In this document: in pieces, positions 11,859 through 24,358 of the stretch
Numbering within the stretch: the first letter of the stretch is position 1
How the letters are laid out: the number at the start of each line of letters is the position of its first letter
Assembly (NCBI GenBank): GCA_950097015.1
Contig: CATNEN010000003.1
Location: forward strand, 3,100,001 to 3,164,000
Direction of reading: 5' to 3'
Length of the DNA stretch: 64,000 bases
Origin: Macrostomum hystrix
Taxonomy: Eukaryota > Animalia > Platyhelminthes
The notes under the pieces: generated by a model
The model's database searches: none
The model's input: only the letters and a program-made list of their open reading frames with translations
Told to the model about the DNA's origin: nothing
Position numbers and translations under genes: made by a program

Positions 11859-12048
11859 TTCTAAAAATAGCTCTATGTACAGTTATGGGGTAGAGATTTG
11901 ATCTCGCATAAACATTCTCCCCATTCCTCTTGCGTGCGATGATTCTAAAAATAGCTCTATGTACAGTTATGGGGTAGAGATTTGATCTCGCATAAACAAT
12001 CTCCCCATTCCTCTTGCGTGCGATGATTCTAAAAATAGCCTCTATGTA
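11859..12048. repeat. 84-bp tandem duplication upstream of the SLC36 gene
   Basis: TTCTAAAAATAGC recurs at 11859, 11943 and 12027. Confidence 0.9.
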
Positions 12049-12242
12049 CGCAGATGCGGTGATAGGGGAGAGGTTTTATCTAGCACAAGAAAGCCCACCA
12101 GTCGAAAGGCGCTTTAAAAAATAGCCTGAATTTAGTGACATTTTGTGTAAAACTTTGTCGAATGATTTTCAATAACCAACCCATTGCAGTACTAATCGAG
12201 ACAAAGATTTCCCTCCAAATTAAGCGATAGAAAAACGGTTAA

Positions 12243-15200
12243 ATGTCAGCCGAGCGGTCCGCCCTGTTGCGCAGCGAGCAACAACCACCTGACGGACCGG
12301 AATGGGCCTATCAGGACGACACACCCGAAGCTATGAGTCAGTCAGTCAATCACGACAGTCTGGAAGTGTCAGATCCGCACAACCTGGACACATCGCGTAA
12401 CTCGTAAGATATGCATTGATTTATTCTTCAATTTAGCTTCATGTTTGCACATTTTTCTAAACAATTTCTTCATCGCAGCAATCTTTCAAGTCTGATGAAC
12501 GTACTGAAGGGTAATCTGGGAACTGGAATCTTGGCTATGCCTGTTGCAGTGAAAAATCTCGGATTTCTTGTAAGTCTTCTCATTTCCCTGCTTTATCAGA
12601 AATCATATATCCTTAGCCTTACAATAGCCTCATTACCACTGAACCTGTGTTCAGTTATTTGAGCACCTTTACACTGAACCTATGTACAACGACACTTTTA
12701 ACCTCTGTACAACGACACTTTTAACCTATGTACAATGACACTTTTAACTTATGTACAATGACACTTTTAACCTATGTACAAGGACACTTTTAACATATGT
12801 ACAATGACACTTTTGTACAATCACGCGAGCAACCTACCCTACCCTTCGTTCAAGATTATCACTAAGTCTGCTTACAATGACCCGAAAATTCAATCTTACA
12901 ACGTTAAATTCTCATTAATTAATTTTTTTCAGCTAGGTCCGCTCACAATCTTCTTCATTGGATGCATCGCCACTCACTGCATGCACCTGCTAGTCCGATC
13001 AGCAAAACGCCTGAGAAAAATGTAATTATTAAATATTCATTCTACTTATACGAGTTACGACTTATACTCGTAGTAGTTTAAAGAAGCGTGAATTCAGAGT
13101 CGGTTGCTTTTGCTCCTGCCAGAAAATCACACACGCGTTTCCAGTAATTTGAGTTCGCTCATACTTACTCATAACAAGTTCATAAGCTGAAGATAAGTTC
13201 TCGCCTGTATTTATTATTTTCCTTAAACAGCAAGCGCGTGTCCTATCTAGACTACTCACTAGTAATGTACGAAGCAACTTTGCAAAGATTTCCGGGACGC
13301 GAGAAACTGGCGAATTTGCTCATGTGAGTAGTTTGCTAAGTTGTTTTTAATTAACATTTTTCCAAATTTACACTAATTTCATTTTGCAATGATTGATTGA
13401 TTAATTTTCATTGATCCTAAAATCTAAAATCCTTATTCAAAAAAATCCCAATCACTAGAATCCCAATTCATTAGAACCCCAATTCATTAGAATCCCAATT
13501 CTCTAGAATCCCAATTCATTAGAATCCCATAGCACTAGAATCCCAATTGACTAGAATCCCATAGCACTAGAATCCCAATTCATTAGAATCCCATAGCACT
13601 AGAATCCCAATTCACTAGAATCCCAATTCACTAGAATCCCAATTCATTAGAATCTCATAGCACTAGAATCCTAATTCACAAGAATCTCATAGCACTAGAA
13701 TCCCAATTCACAAGAATCTCATAGCACTAGAATCCTAATTCACAAGAATCCTGATTCATTAGAATTCATTAGTCATTAGAATCTATAACACTAGAATCCC
13801 AATTCACTAAAATCCCAATTCATTATAATCCCATAGCACTAGAATCCCAATTCACTAAAATCCCAATTCATTAGTATCCCATAGCACTAGAATCCCAATT
13901 CATTAGAATCCCATAGCACTAGAATCCCAATTCACTAGAATCCCAACTCATTAGAATCCCATAGCACTAGAATCCCAATTCATTAGAATCCCATAGCACT
14001 AGAATCACATAGCACTAGAATCCCAATTCATTAGAATCCCATAGCACTAGAATCCCAATTCATTAGAATCCCATAGCACCAGAATCCCAATTAAACAGAA
14101 TCCTATTTCCTATAAATCTAGTTCAATACAATTTCTGTATCGATTTAGCTACTAGCCCAAATCCCATATCCAATCATCAGGCTATTTGTAAGCGCATCTC
14201 TGTTGATAACACAAATCGGGTTCTGTTGTGTTTACATCCTGTTCGTGTCGGACAATTTGCACCAGCTAATAGACTGCAATCTGCAGCAAGGAGCCCAGAA
14301 TTGGAACGTGAATGCCTACAAAGCGCTGGTGATGCTGTTTCTGCTGCCCTACGTGTTTGTTAGAAACCTGCGCTTGTTAAGCTATTTCTCTTTGCTGGCT
14401 AACATTTTAACAGCTATCGGCTTGGTGATCGTGTTTGCCTACTGTGTCCAGGTATGTGGAATTTGAATTTTAATTGGAGTTCACGGAAAGAATCATTGTA
14501 ATCGAAAACTTTTTCAAGTCTGCATTTTATCAATTGTCGGTGAATTTTACAAAGAAACTATTTTAGCAGTTTAAACGATCAGCGATTAACCTGTCAACGG
14601 CTCTGTGGGAATTGGGGTCGCTTTCTCATTGGCTGGCGCCACCTCTGCCTTCTACCCTCTGCCTTCTACCCTCTGCCTTCTACCCTCTGCCTTCTACCCT
14701 CTGCCTTCTACCCTCTGCCACCTACCCTCTGCATTCTACTCTCTGCCTTCTACCCTTTCTTCATAGCCCTCTACCCCCGTGTCCCATAGCCTTCTACCCT
14801 AGTATTCTATATCCTTCTCCCTAGCCTTCTTCTATAGCCTTCTACCCCCTGAATCTCACCCACCCCTCCCTGAAGGGTTCATTAGAAGGGTTCTTGAAAG
14901 CTGAGATTAAGGGGAGGTGAGATTTAGGGGTAGAACGCTAGTGAGTATGAATAGAAGGCTAGTGAGAAGGTGGGTAGAAGGCTATTGAGAAGAGGGTACA
15001 AGGCTATTGAGAAGGTGGGTAGACGGCTAGTGAGAAGAGGGTACAAGGCTAGTGAGAAGAGGGTACAAGGCTAGTGAGAAGAGGGTACAAGGCTATTGAG
15101 AAGAGGGTACAAGGCTAGTAAGAAAGGCCTAGAAGGCTAGTGAGAAGAGGGTACAAGGCTAGTGAGAAGAGGGTACAAGGCTAGTGAGAAAGGGGTAGAA

Positions 15201-16686
15201 GGCTATGTGAGAAGAGGGTACAAGGCTAGTGAGAAATGGCTAGAAGGCTAGTAAGAAGGGGTAGAAGGCGGTGGCGCCAGCCAATAGGAAAGCGACCCCT
15301 CGCGACACCCACAGCCTCCATAAAGGGCCAGAACCTGCCCGATCCGCAGTCAGACGTTGTCAACGACTAGCAATGCTCACCACTGGCACTGAGTATTAGC
15401 CAGTGTTCTCAATCCATTCCCAATGCCACCGCCAGGACCTGCCAGACTACAGAAACTACCCGCTGATCAAGCCGCCAAGCTTGTGGCCAATTGCCTTCGG
15501 CCTGATCATCTTCGCCTTCGAAGGCATCTCGCTAGTGCTACCAATCGAGTCTCGCATGCAGCAGCCCGCCGACTTCGCTGGCCTGACTGGAGTCCTGCAG
15601 CTCGGCATGACCGTTGTGATGAGCTCCTACACAGCCGTGGGCTTCTATGGCTATTTGAAATTCAACGAACACGTCGACGCTTCCATCACCTATTCGATCA
15701 ACGATCACCTGTGGATCTACCAGCTAGTTCGCCCACTGTTCGCCGTTTCGCTGTACATCTCCTACGGCCTGCAGTTTTATGTGCCCGCTGTCATCATTGT
15801 CGGCTGGGCCAACGCCAGGGTTGACGGAGTCTGGCGCAGGCGCCTAGCTGAGGCCGGCATCCGCATCGGTCTGGTCCTCTTCACCTTCACCGCCGCCGTC
15901 GTGGTGCCTCACCTGGATCTCATGATCGCCCTAATTGGCGCCTTCAGCAGCTCCTGTTTGGCTTTGATCTTTCCGCCAATTATTGATTATCTGGTGTTTA
16001 GCGGCGACTCGACGGGTCAGTTTTCCTTCTAATATATATCGGTTTTTTAAGTAAAAAGTTGAATTTTAATTCTTTGTGTATTACTGAGTCTTTTTGGTAA
16101 GTAGGGTAAAGTTGTATGCACATTTTTGCAATGCAAAGTTTTTAATCGTTTTTGCGCAATTTAGGATATTGGAAGATCATAACTTTTTGGTCCTCCATTT
16201 GGTTTAATATTCCACGGAACCAGTTGCCCATTGGCACAAAGGTCGGAAGTTCGAAGCCCAACCAGAGGTGTGCAATTCTTGTCGTTAAGCTCAGCTCACC
16301 TAGTTGAAAAATTGGATACCAACATTAGCTGGGGTAGATATTGATCGGTGGGTGTGGCCCCCAGTCCATGGACTGAACAGCTGTACACATGAGAAAGAAT
16401 GCTCTATTCTTTATTTTTTTGTTCTCCAACAGAATCGGAGGAAACGGACTTGGCTTCGCCGTCTGAATCATCGGCTAGGCGATCCACCTGCTGGATTCAC
16501 GTCAAGAACCTACTGATTGTGTCCTTCGGCTTCCTGGGATTCGCCATTGGCACAATCACTACTTTGATTAGCATAGTGGACACTTTTCAGCATCCGGACA
16601 GTGGCCCCAATCGATTTAATTGCACTCAGCCAGCTCACCTGAACCAGCAACAACCGCTGAACAGTGTGTGGCGTTTGGAAAACTAA
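12243..16686 (+). CDS. Proton-coupled amino acid transporter, SLC36/AAAP family (exons 12243-12403, 12479-12569, 12933-13021, 13231-13323, 14181-14451, 15436-16015, 16433-16686)
   Basis: KGNLGTGILAMP, HCMHLLV, LDY, TQIGFCCVY, FAFEGISLVLPIE, GFYGYL, SYGLQFYVP motifs. All junctions are phase-compatible GT-AG. Confidence 0.9.
12675..12820. repeat. Intronic minisatellite, 23-bp unit (AACCTATGTACAATGACACTTTT)
   Basis: About 6 tandem copies. Confidence 0.85.
13445..14105. repeat. Intronic minisatellite, 16-bp units (AGAATCCCAATTCATT / AGAATCCCATAGCACT)
   Basis: About 40 copies of two alternating variants. Confidence 0.92.
14614..15299. mobile_element. Foldback/MITE-like element with terminal inverted repeats and minisatellite-expanded arms
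   Basis: Left end GGGGTCGCTTTCTCATTGGCTGGCGCCACC and right end GGTGGCGCCAGCCAATAGGAAAGCGACCCC are inverted. Left arm has CTCTGCCTTCTACC repeats, right arm GAGAAGAGGGTACAAGGCTAGT repeats. Inner inverted pair at about 14840-14860 and 14910-14935. Confidence 0.75.
16240..16385 (+). mobile_element. SINE family 1, degenerate copy
   Basis: GGTCGGAAGTTCGAAGCCC B-box-like head and GGGTGTGGC..CCCCAGTCCATGGACTGAACAGC body. Confidence 0.7.
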
Positions 16687-18303
16687 AGCTTAATCTTATC
16701 GATTTTACAACAATATGACAGACATTTTTATTTCTGAATGTCTAAATGAAATTCTTACCTGTGAGATTTAAATTTTTAACTTTGAGTCTACAGGACGCTT
16801 CAATTTAAGATCCAAAGTCTTACCTTGAAGTTACTGCCCGAAGAACTCGAATGATTAAAAACCGCAAGTCACTCGTACCTATTTAGATCCAAAAAGACGC
16901 ACCTTTAGATTAAAAAGCGTATTAGATCTCAATTACCTACCTGTGAGGGTAATACAAAATAAATATCAATTTTCTTAAGTCGGCAATACAGTCAGTCTTC
17001 AATATTGTCTGATCATCACACTCCAGCTGTCTTGTGTTATCCAATATTGATCAATTTTAGAGTCATGCTTGCATACTCAGCTTGCATATATCTTAATTTT
17101 ATTTTTAATTGGTGATTGGTATACTACCTATATAATTGGTAATTTTTTCTTCTGTCTTGCCAAACGTATTGTTTGACTAGCTTGTTAAAAATCATTTTTT
17201 TACAGGAAGATTTTTATGCGAAAATAGTTCTGGTGCTTCTCTCATCACATGTACCAGATAAAAAACAGTTCTTTCAGCTTGATCACTGGATTTACGTTTC
17301 GTGTAAAATTAATTTGATTTGAAATACTTTTTCTAAATTGTGTTTTTTCGTCCTAATTTTTTTCGCATATGTAACATTTTGTCTGAATTTTGCTACTCCT
17401 TCAGATTTTGTAAGTAGTGTGATGCGATCATGCAATAAACTGCTGTTTGTTGGGTTTTTAATTATTTTCCTTTTATCTTTTCCTCGGCTGGTATATGTAT
17501 GAGGCAAGAATGAAATTTAAATGTTATAACTTCTATTGTACTGAGTGGATTGATTGCACATACTGTGTATACTTCTTACTCGTATTGAAATTTTAACATT
17601 TTAAAACAGTTTTTTGTGTGAGGTCAACGTCATACAAAAGGCTGGTAATTTTTCCCGGTGTAACAGCGTTAGATCAGGTGTTTAAATTTTTAGATTGGTT
17701 ATATAAAGCACTTATCTATAGAATTGTAGGAACCTATGTAGAAACTAGACGTGGCTGGGTTAAAATTCGATATGAGAATTTGTCTGTTCTTTATAGCGTA
17801 CCGTGATCATTGATGACATAAGTGAATTTCTAAATATCAAATTTCAGTTTTTTACTGTCACTACAATTACTTGATTCATCAAGATTTTGAAATCTCAAAA
17901 ATTTAAAAATGATTTTTTAACATAAAAAATATAATTATAAACTTAATTTTTTGGGAATAGCCCAATAGATCTATGCTATTTCCTGAATGCAATTCTTCTT
18001 TCAAATTAACCAGTTTGTGTGGTACTTATTTATTTTTTAGCAAAAATGATCCAAACTGCAGAACTCAGGCTGCAGACCTACTAATTTATATTTAGCCTTA
18101 GCATGACGACATCCCAATGGTCAACTGCAAACGCTTTGACAGTTACCGTTTTTTGGTTTCGGTGTTCATATGTACACCTGTGTTCAGGTGCCCCTTATCA
18201 GGCACAGATATGCACCCCACACAGAATATAATCAAGCTGCTTAATTTAGACATTTAGTCAGCTAAGAAATTATATTTGCTCCTGCGGGAATTTGCACGTC
18301 ATA

Positions 18304-19674
18304 ATGTCAGAAATTGGAGTTCAATTATTAATTGTGGCTATTTTATTATCATCTGCCGAGTTCGCCTCAACATCAAAGGCGCCGCCCCCATTGCCAGCTG
18401 TGTCTGCTGGTCCGATTTGCGCAGAAAAGTTAAGCAGCTGTTCGTGTCGGTTAACAGATGGACAAATGATCGATTTGTCACCTCTGCAGGCCACACCTGG
18501 GCCGGCGTTTAATTACAAAGCAGCGGATGGCTTCACATATCAGTATAATCCTTGTTTACCATTCCAATGCGGTTCAGATCAATCAGATGCCGCCGTGTGC
18601 CAGGAGATGCTGAGAATTATCTATGTAAGCGCGCTAAATTCTTTACAAAAAATCATTAGCTCTCTGCCATTTATCAGAACCTTTCATAAAGCTAGTCATT
18701 TATCCATTCGGAACCTAAATTTAGCGCCACTGTCGCCCATTGCAAATTCTCCTAAAAACCAACAAAAACTCGCAGATTTACAAAGATTTCGGCTCGCAGA
18801 CATCAGCACAGTTTGGTAGCAATCCGACCAATGGACAACTGTACATTCGCTACTTGAGTCGCGACATAACACTAACAACCACTGTCAACTTGGTTTGCGA
18901 TCCAGGTGAGGTCTACAGCCTGAGCTTGTCTAACAGGTTAGCAGTACAGTCTAATAGGTTAACAATCCAGTCTAACAGGTTAGCAATCCGGTCTAACAGG
19001 TTAGCAATCCAGTCTAACAGGTTAGCAGTACAGTCTAACAGGTTAGCAATCCAGTCTAACAGGTTAGCAGTACAGTGCATCAGGTCAGCAATCCAGTCTA
19101 ACAGGTTAGTAGTACAGTCTAACAGGTTAGCAGTCCAGTCTAACAGGTTAGCAATCCAGTCTAACAGGTCAGCAATCCAGTCTAACAGGTTAGCAATCCA
19201 GTCTAACAGGTCAGTAGTACAGTCTAACAGGTTGGCAGTACAGTCTAACAGGTTAGCAGTACAGTCTAACAGTTTGGTGGCCTTGAAACAAGCACCGTGC
19301 TATCTACACAACAAATCACAGAAGCCGCAGACTCTGCGATCAGCACTGGGGGTTCCATTGGCACAGAGCTGGTCCTGGACCTGAAGAGCCGCTTCGCCTG
19401 CCCCAGCACACATGGCATCGGCGGTGGAGGCATGAGCGGCGGTGACATTATACTCATAATCTTCTTCTGCTTGGCTATTGTCTACCTTGTTGCTGGTGTA
19501 CTTTTAAATCGGTTTCTTCGAAATCGTAGCGGAGTTCAGATGCTGCCGAATGTGGAGTTCTGGACCGCAGTTCCCGGCCTGGCGATGGACGGCGCAATGT
19601 TCGCATTTGCCGAGGCAAAACGATTCGCCTGCCGCGGTCGATTGGGTGGCGACCAATACGAATCAGTTAAATAG
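18304..19674 (+). CDS. Cation-dependent mannose-6-phosphate receptor / ATG27-like type I membrane protein (exons 18304-18624, 18776-18905, 19322-19674)
   Basis: Signal peptide, MRH-type Cys pattern (IDLSPL, YQYNPC, AVCQ, LVCDP, SRFACP), TM helix, G.QMLPNVEFW cytosolic motif, C-terminal YESV (YxxPhi). Confidence 0.85.
18928..19272. repeat. Intronic minisatellite, 21-bp unit (GTCTAACAGGTTAGCAATCCA)
   Basis: About 16 copies. Explains the spurious (QSNRLAI)n translation. Confidence 0.92.
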
Positions 19675-19683
19675 TTAGATCTA

Positions 19684-19993
19684 TGCCCCATACACCCCAG
19701 TGTGATGTTCTAGCTGACCAATGCCCATACACCCCAGTGTGATGTTCTAGCTGACCAATGCCCCATCCTACACCCCAGTGTGATGTTCTGGCTGACCAAT
19801 GCCCCATCCTACACCCCAGTGTGATGTTCTGGCTGACAAATGCCCCATCCTACACCCCAGTGTGATGTTCCAGCTGATCACTGCCCCATCCTACACCCAA
19901 GTGTGATGTTCTGGCTGACCAATGCCCCATCCTACACCCCAGTGTGATGTTCTGGCTGACAAATGCCCCATCCTACACCCCAGTGTGATGTTC
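19684..19993. repeat. Minisatellite, 41-bp unit, starting 10 nt after the M6PR-like stop codon
   Basis: TGCCCCATCCTACACCCCAGTGTGATGTTCTGGCTGACCAA, about 7.5 copies. Confidence 0.92.
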
Positions 19994-20957
19994 TATTAGA
20001 CTTTGAACAGCAATTTGAATAAATCTTAAAACCTCAGTTGGATCTGGATTATAAATATTGTCAAGTCAAGGCAGTTAATAGTCTTTGTTGTATAAAGCTA
20101 AAGCTTAACACAGCACTATTGCTTTGATTAGCGGTCAAAGCTTGCAGTAACCCGCATTCTTCAGCCTTTTACTAATTACATTCACAATGCTTAAGTCCAT
20201 GGAGACACAGAAACAAACAAACGACAAAGACAAAACAATTAATAGTGATAAAACGCTACCTAATGTGAAAATAATGGCACGCTTATTTGTTAGAATGTAA
20301 GAATAAATAGGGTTAATATGTTAATATTAATCTACATTTTAATGCTTAATAAAGGACTGTTATTGTGTGTATTAATGATCCCAAAAACTTATGCCGTGTG
20401 CGCTTTATACACGAATATTGTTATAATTAATTAGGGAATTGTATTTAGTTATTTCTTATTGTACCTGATTTCTCCCGTTAATCTACTGAACTTGCTGCTA
20501 CAATTAATTAATTATAAGCCAAAGATTTATTCGAATTTTTTCATGCTGCTGCTAACTGCTCTGCTCATAGTAGTCAAGTAGGCAATTGAATTTTAGATTA
20601 GATAAGTCTGAAGTGAGCACACAGTACTTAACAAATATAAGGATCGTCGTTCTAATTAATTAAATATATTAAATTTACTAAAACTAAGTTTACTGACTTT
20701 TAAATTATTAAGTACTTCCATCAAAAAGACAAACGAAAAGATAATGCAACCCAAGACACCAGGATTTGAGTTAGTGAACGAGTTCAAGAAAGCATTAATG
20801 AAAAAAGCAACACCAACAAAAACACCAAAAAAGAATTCAACAATATCGTTTAGAAGCAAGATGAAGTTAAATGTCACTAGATGTCATTCAGGGCAGATTG
20901 GGAAGGTCCTAGGTTCGATTCCCGGAGAATCAAGCTGGCACAGCAATGCGTGTAGGA

Positions 20958-23900
20958 TCACAGATCCACCTTGGCCTCGCTGCCGTGAGTTTTGCGGAAG
21001 TATTCTTCCTTCTTCTCGGGATCCGGGATGATGGTGGCAGCGCCCGGGTGCCAGCCAGCGGGGCAGACCTCGCCGTGCTTGTCCGTGTACTGGAAGGCCT
21101 GCACAAGGCGAAGAGTTTCATCAACGGACCGACCAACTGGCAGGTCGTTCATGGTGATCTGGCGTAGTACGCCTTTGTCATCGATGATGAAGAGGCCGCG
21201 AAGACTGTGACCGGCCGACTCCAGATAAACGCCATAGTCTTTAGAGATCTGTAAATTTATAATTAAAAAAAATTTAAAATTTAAATTTCTCGCACCAAGT
21301 TCCATTAGCTCGATTCCACGGCGAGACCACATTTATTTGGGGCGCAGCCGCGGAGAGAAGGCTTGGGGGCTTGTTGCGCAATTTACGCCCTTGAGGGCCA
21401 ACCTCCAAGGCCCAGTGAGAGTGTACCAGCATTAAGCAAGGGTAAAAATTAGGGTAGCTATTTACGAAGAGCTTCTGAGGGCGTGTTGAAATAAACTAAC
21501 ACGTCTACTGATAGTAGTGGTTTAGAATGATTTAGATTAAAAATTGCAGTGTGGTGTTAGAGAAAAAAGTACCAACCTGGTGTGTCAAATCGGACAACAG
21601 CGGGATCTGCAGATCGCCAAGTCCGCCTTTGTTACGCGGGGTCTTCAGCCAAGCCAAATGGGTGAACGGGCTGTCCACTGAGGCGGCAACCACTTCGGTG
21701 TTGATCTTTCGGAAATCACCGATTCGATCGCTGAATGCAATGATTTCAGTCGGGCAGACAAAGGTGAAATCCAACGGATAGAAGAAAAAGACCAGATATT
21801 TGCCTTTGTAGTCGGACAATTTGATCTCCTTCATCTGGCGATTGATGACAGCTGTGCCACTGAAGGCTGGCGCTGGTTTGGAGACTACAAATATGAGGTG
21901 CCATTTTAATGTTTGAAAATGCCTGTCAAAATATAAAACTGCTCAAAAATATTTCTGCTTGGAACAAAAAAATAAATATTTCAATACAATCTAGGCCCCG
22001 AAGACTGACCTTGTCCTTTGTACACCATGCTGTGAATGAGTTCTAACTATAATTTATCAACAGTCAAAACTGACACCCCTCAAGTAATGTGGGTTACTGT
22101 CTGTTGCTGAGTATACCTATCTAAAAAATACAAATTAAAATAATGCTGATGAAAATTACTGATTGCTGATTAAACCTGTTGTACAACAATACCAGATTGG
22201 CATTAGACATACAGCTAGAGAGATTGAGCTAAAAGTATTTTTTTACATTCATGTTTCACAAACTGTTAGTACTTTTTTCAAAAAAAGAAAATACTTTCAA
22301 GGTAAAAAGAATTAGGTAATGAAGCTAACTATGCCCCTGTTCCAGATCTATAGATGTAGGAATTAAGAAAAATGTCTTTTAAATTAATATACAATTGTAT
22401 CTTTCCTATAGTGTAACAATTTAAATTGCATTGAAATATGAAAATTAGATAACGAACAACAATAACCATAAACAATTTTTAAATACACACATTAAGATGT
22501 CTGGGCTAGGCAAAGATAAGTAAAACTCAAACTCAGACTGTCCCTTGGTATCTAACACAAGCACACAAGGTGAAAGATACAGATACAATCAACTAAATTA
22601 GACAGCACTAGCCTTCTTTAAAAGATGAGAAAGTTTGACCTCTAAAAATAGCAGAGAAAATCAACACAAACTCATAATTTTTTTAATCAAATGTAGTAAG
22701 TGGCTCAGGCAACAGTCAGAAATACTAGAGGGACAGAAATATTTTAAGGTTTTGTATAATGTCATAAGTAGCAGAGCAGTGGATTTGAGCATCATAATTC
22801 TAAGCCACTGAGCTACTGAAAAACGGATCCTAGACACTTCGACATCTTACAACTTCGTCATCCACTTGGAAGGTAGGACACTTCGTCATCCAGCCAATTG
22901 GCATGCTTTAAAGTTTGGTCAGTTTGTCATCTACTAATAACAAGCAATCAAATTCATCATCAATAAAGTGAGGGTGGGGTGGTGGGGCAGAGGTGTGAAC
23001 ACACTTCACACTCTAAATTGTCAAAAAGAGGTGTCAAAACTGATTTCATTATAAGAGTTGAAAGATTGGTGCCAACACGAGGTGAGGAGGTGAGGAGGGG
23101 TGGTTCTATTCTAACTTTGAAAACTTTTGTTTTATAGATGACGAAGTGTCCACAAGTCTAAGTCTCTTCATCATCAACCCTCTGAGATATTGGACAGATC
23201 GTCATCTGGATGACGAAGTTCAGGGATGACCCTGAAAAACATCTAAATACTATTAAACTGGCCATTTATTGTAGAACAATATGTCAATAGGCAATTACAG
23301 AACAGAGTGTCCTCAAATTTGATAGCCAACCAACTAGATATTATGTTGCTATACATGCGCAACACCCGGCCAAACTGGCCAGGTGAAATGAGGGCCAAGC
23401 AAGGTAAGTAGCAAAAACCAATCAACCAAGTGCAAAAAATCAAAGGGGGGACCAAGGGACAAAAAAGGAAGGCGTGAAGAAGAGGAAAAAGGGGAGAGAA
23501 AAATAGAGCAAATGAGAGCAAACTAAGTCGTAAATAGAGCAAAAACTAAGTCACACGGCCAGCTAAGATTTGGGAGGTTGTACATGTATGTACATTGCTA
23601 TGTGTTTATAATATCTATCTAATGTATCCACTATCAATATAATATACCATTTTGTTCATAGTGGTAGTAGTAGTAGACTTGGCTCAGGCAAGAAGCCTGT
23701 TTTGGCAATATTGAGCAATGTTTAATAGGATGATTAAGATAAGTATTCAATAGTATATGCAATTATTGCAGTTCAAATTTCAAGTAATAAAAATGAAAAA
23801 AATTGAACATAGGCCTAAACATTAGAGTTAAAATGGAATGAATAATTCGATATTGTGAGTAAATAAAAATAAAGTCAATGGAATACAAGTTCACTGCTGG

Positions 23901-24358
23901 CAAGAACTTTGGGATTGAGGCAAGAGAGAGTGAATATATAGGGGAAGCTAGAAAAAAACACAAGGACAACAAATTGTATTAAAGAATACAATAATTGATT
24001 TATAGAAGTCTCATCAAGAATAAATATAGAGAGAAGTCGAATCATGTTGTATCTGTTAAAAATACCTATTTTAATTTAAAAGTATAAGTTTATTTATTTA
24101 TATTTACCTAATACATTTTTATCTGGCTAACAAAACTAAATAATACAATCCATATAGTAATAGCCAAAACAAAATAATTTAATAAAAACTACATTTCTAT
24201 CCAAACGTACTTTGCGCTTTGCTGATGTGCAGCGAATGAGTCCAAGTTGGACTAGACTCCTGGGGATAAACTTGACCATCACCATAGTTCTGGCATTTCT
24301 CAGCAGCAACAATCATGATCATTCCAATTAAATGTGACAAAACAATTTTTGCTGCCAT
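20958..24358 (-). CDS. PRDX4: Peroxiredoxin-4, typical 2-Cys secretory-pathway type (exons 24358-24211, 21884-21577, 21248-20958)
   Basis: N-terminal signal peptide and extension ([15 protein letters not shown]), [35 protein letters not shown]. Confidence 0.93.
21288..21430 (+). mobile_element. SINE family 2 fragment in a PRDX4 intron
   Basis: AGCTCGATTCC...GCTTGGGGGCTTG...TTTACGCCCTTGAGGGCCAACCTCCAAGGC, shared with 9670-9760. Confidence 0.75.
22822..23232. mobile_element. Degenerate MITE-like element with repeated ACTTCGTCATC / GATGACGAAGT subterminal motifs
   Basis: Motif runs in direct orientation at the left (22834-22895) and inverted at the right (23137-23225). Confidence 0.45.
23351..23590 (+). 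mobile_element. Non-autonomous DNA transposon, older copy of the 63301-63581 element
   Basis: Near-collinear with 63301-63581. TIRs ATACATGCGCAAC / GTTGTACATGTATG. Decayed 9-bp TSD TATGTTGCT / TACATTGCT. Confidence 0.85.

Noticed and set aside
3580-19674. Operon / SL trans-spliced polycistron of six co-oriented genes
   Set aside because: Spacers are 0.7-1.6 kb, GST1 has its own TATA box and the others may have their own promoters. It cannot be supported without transcript data.
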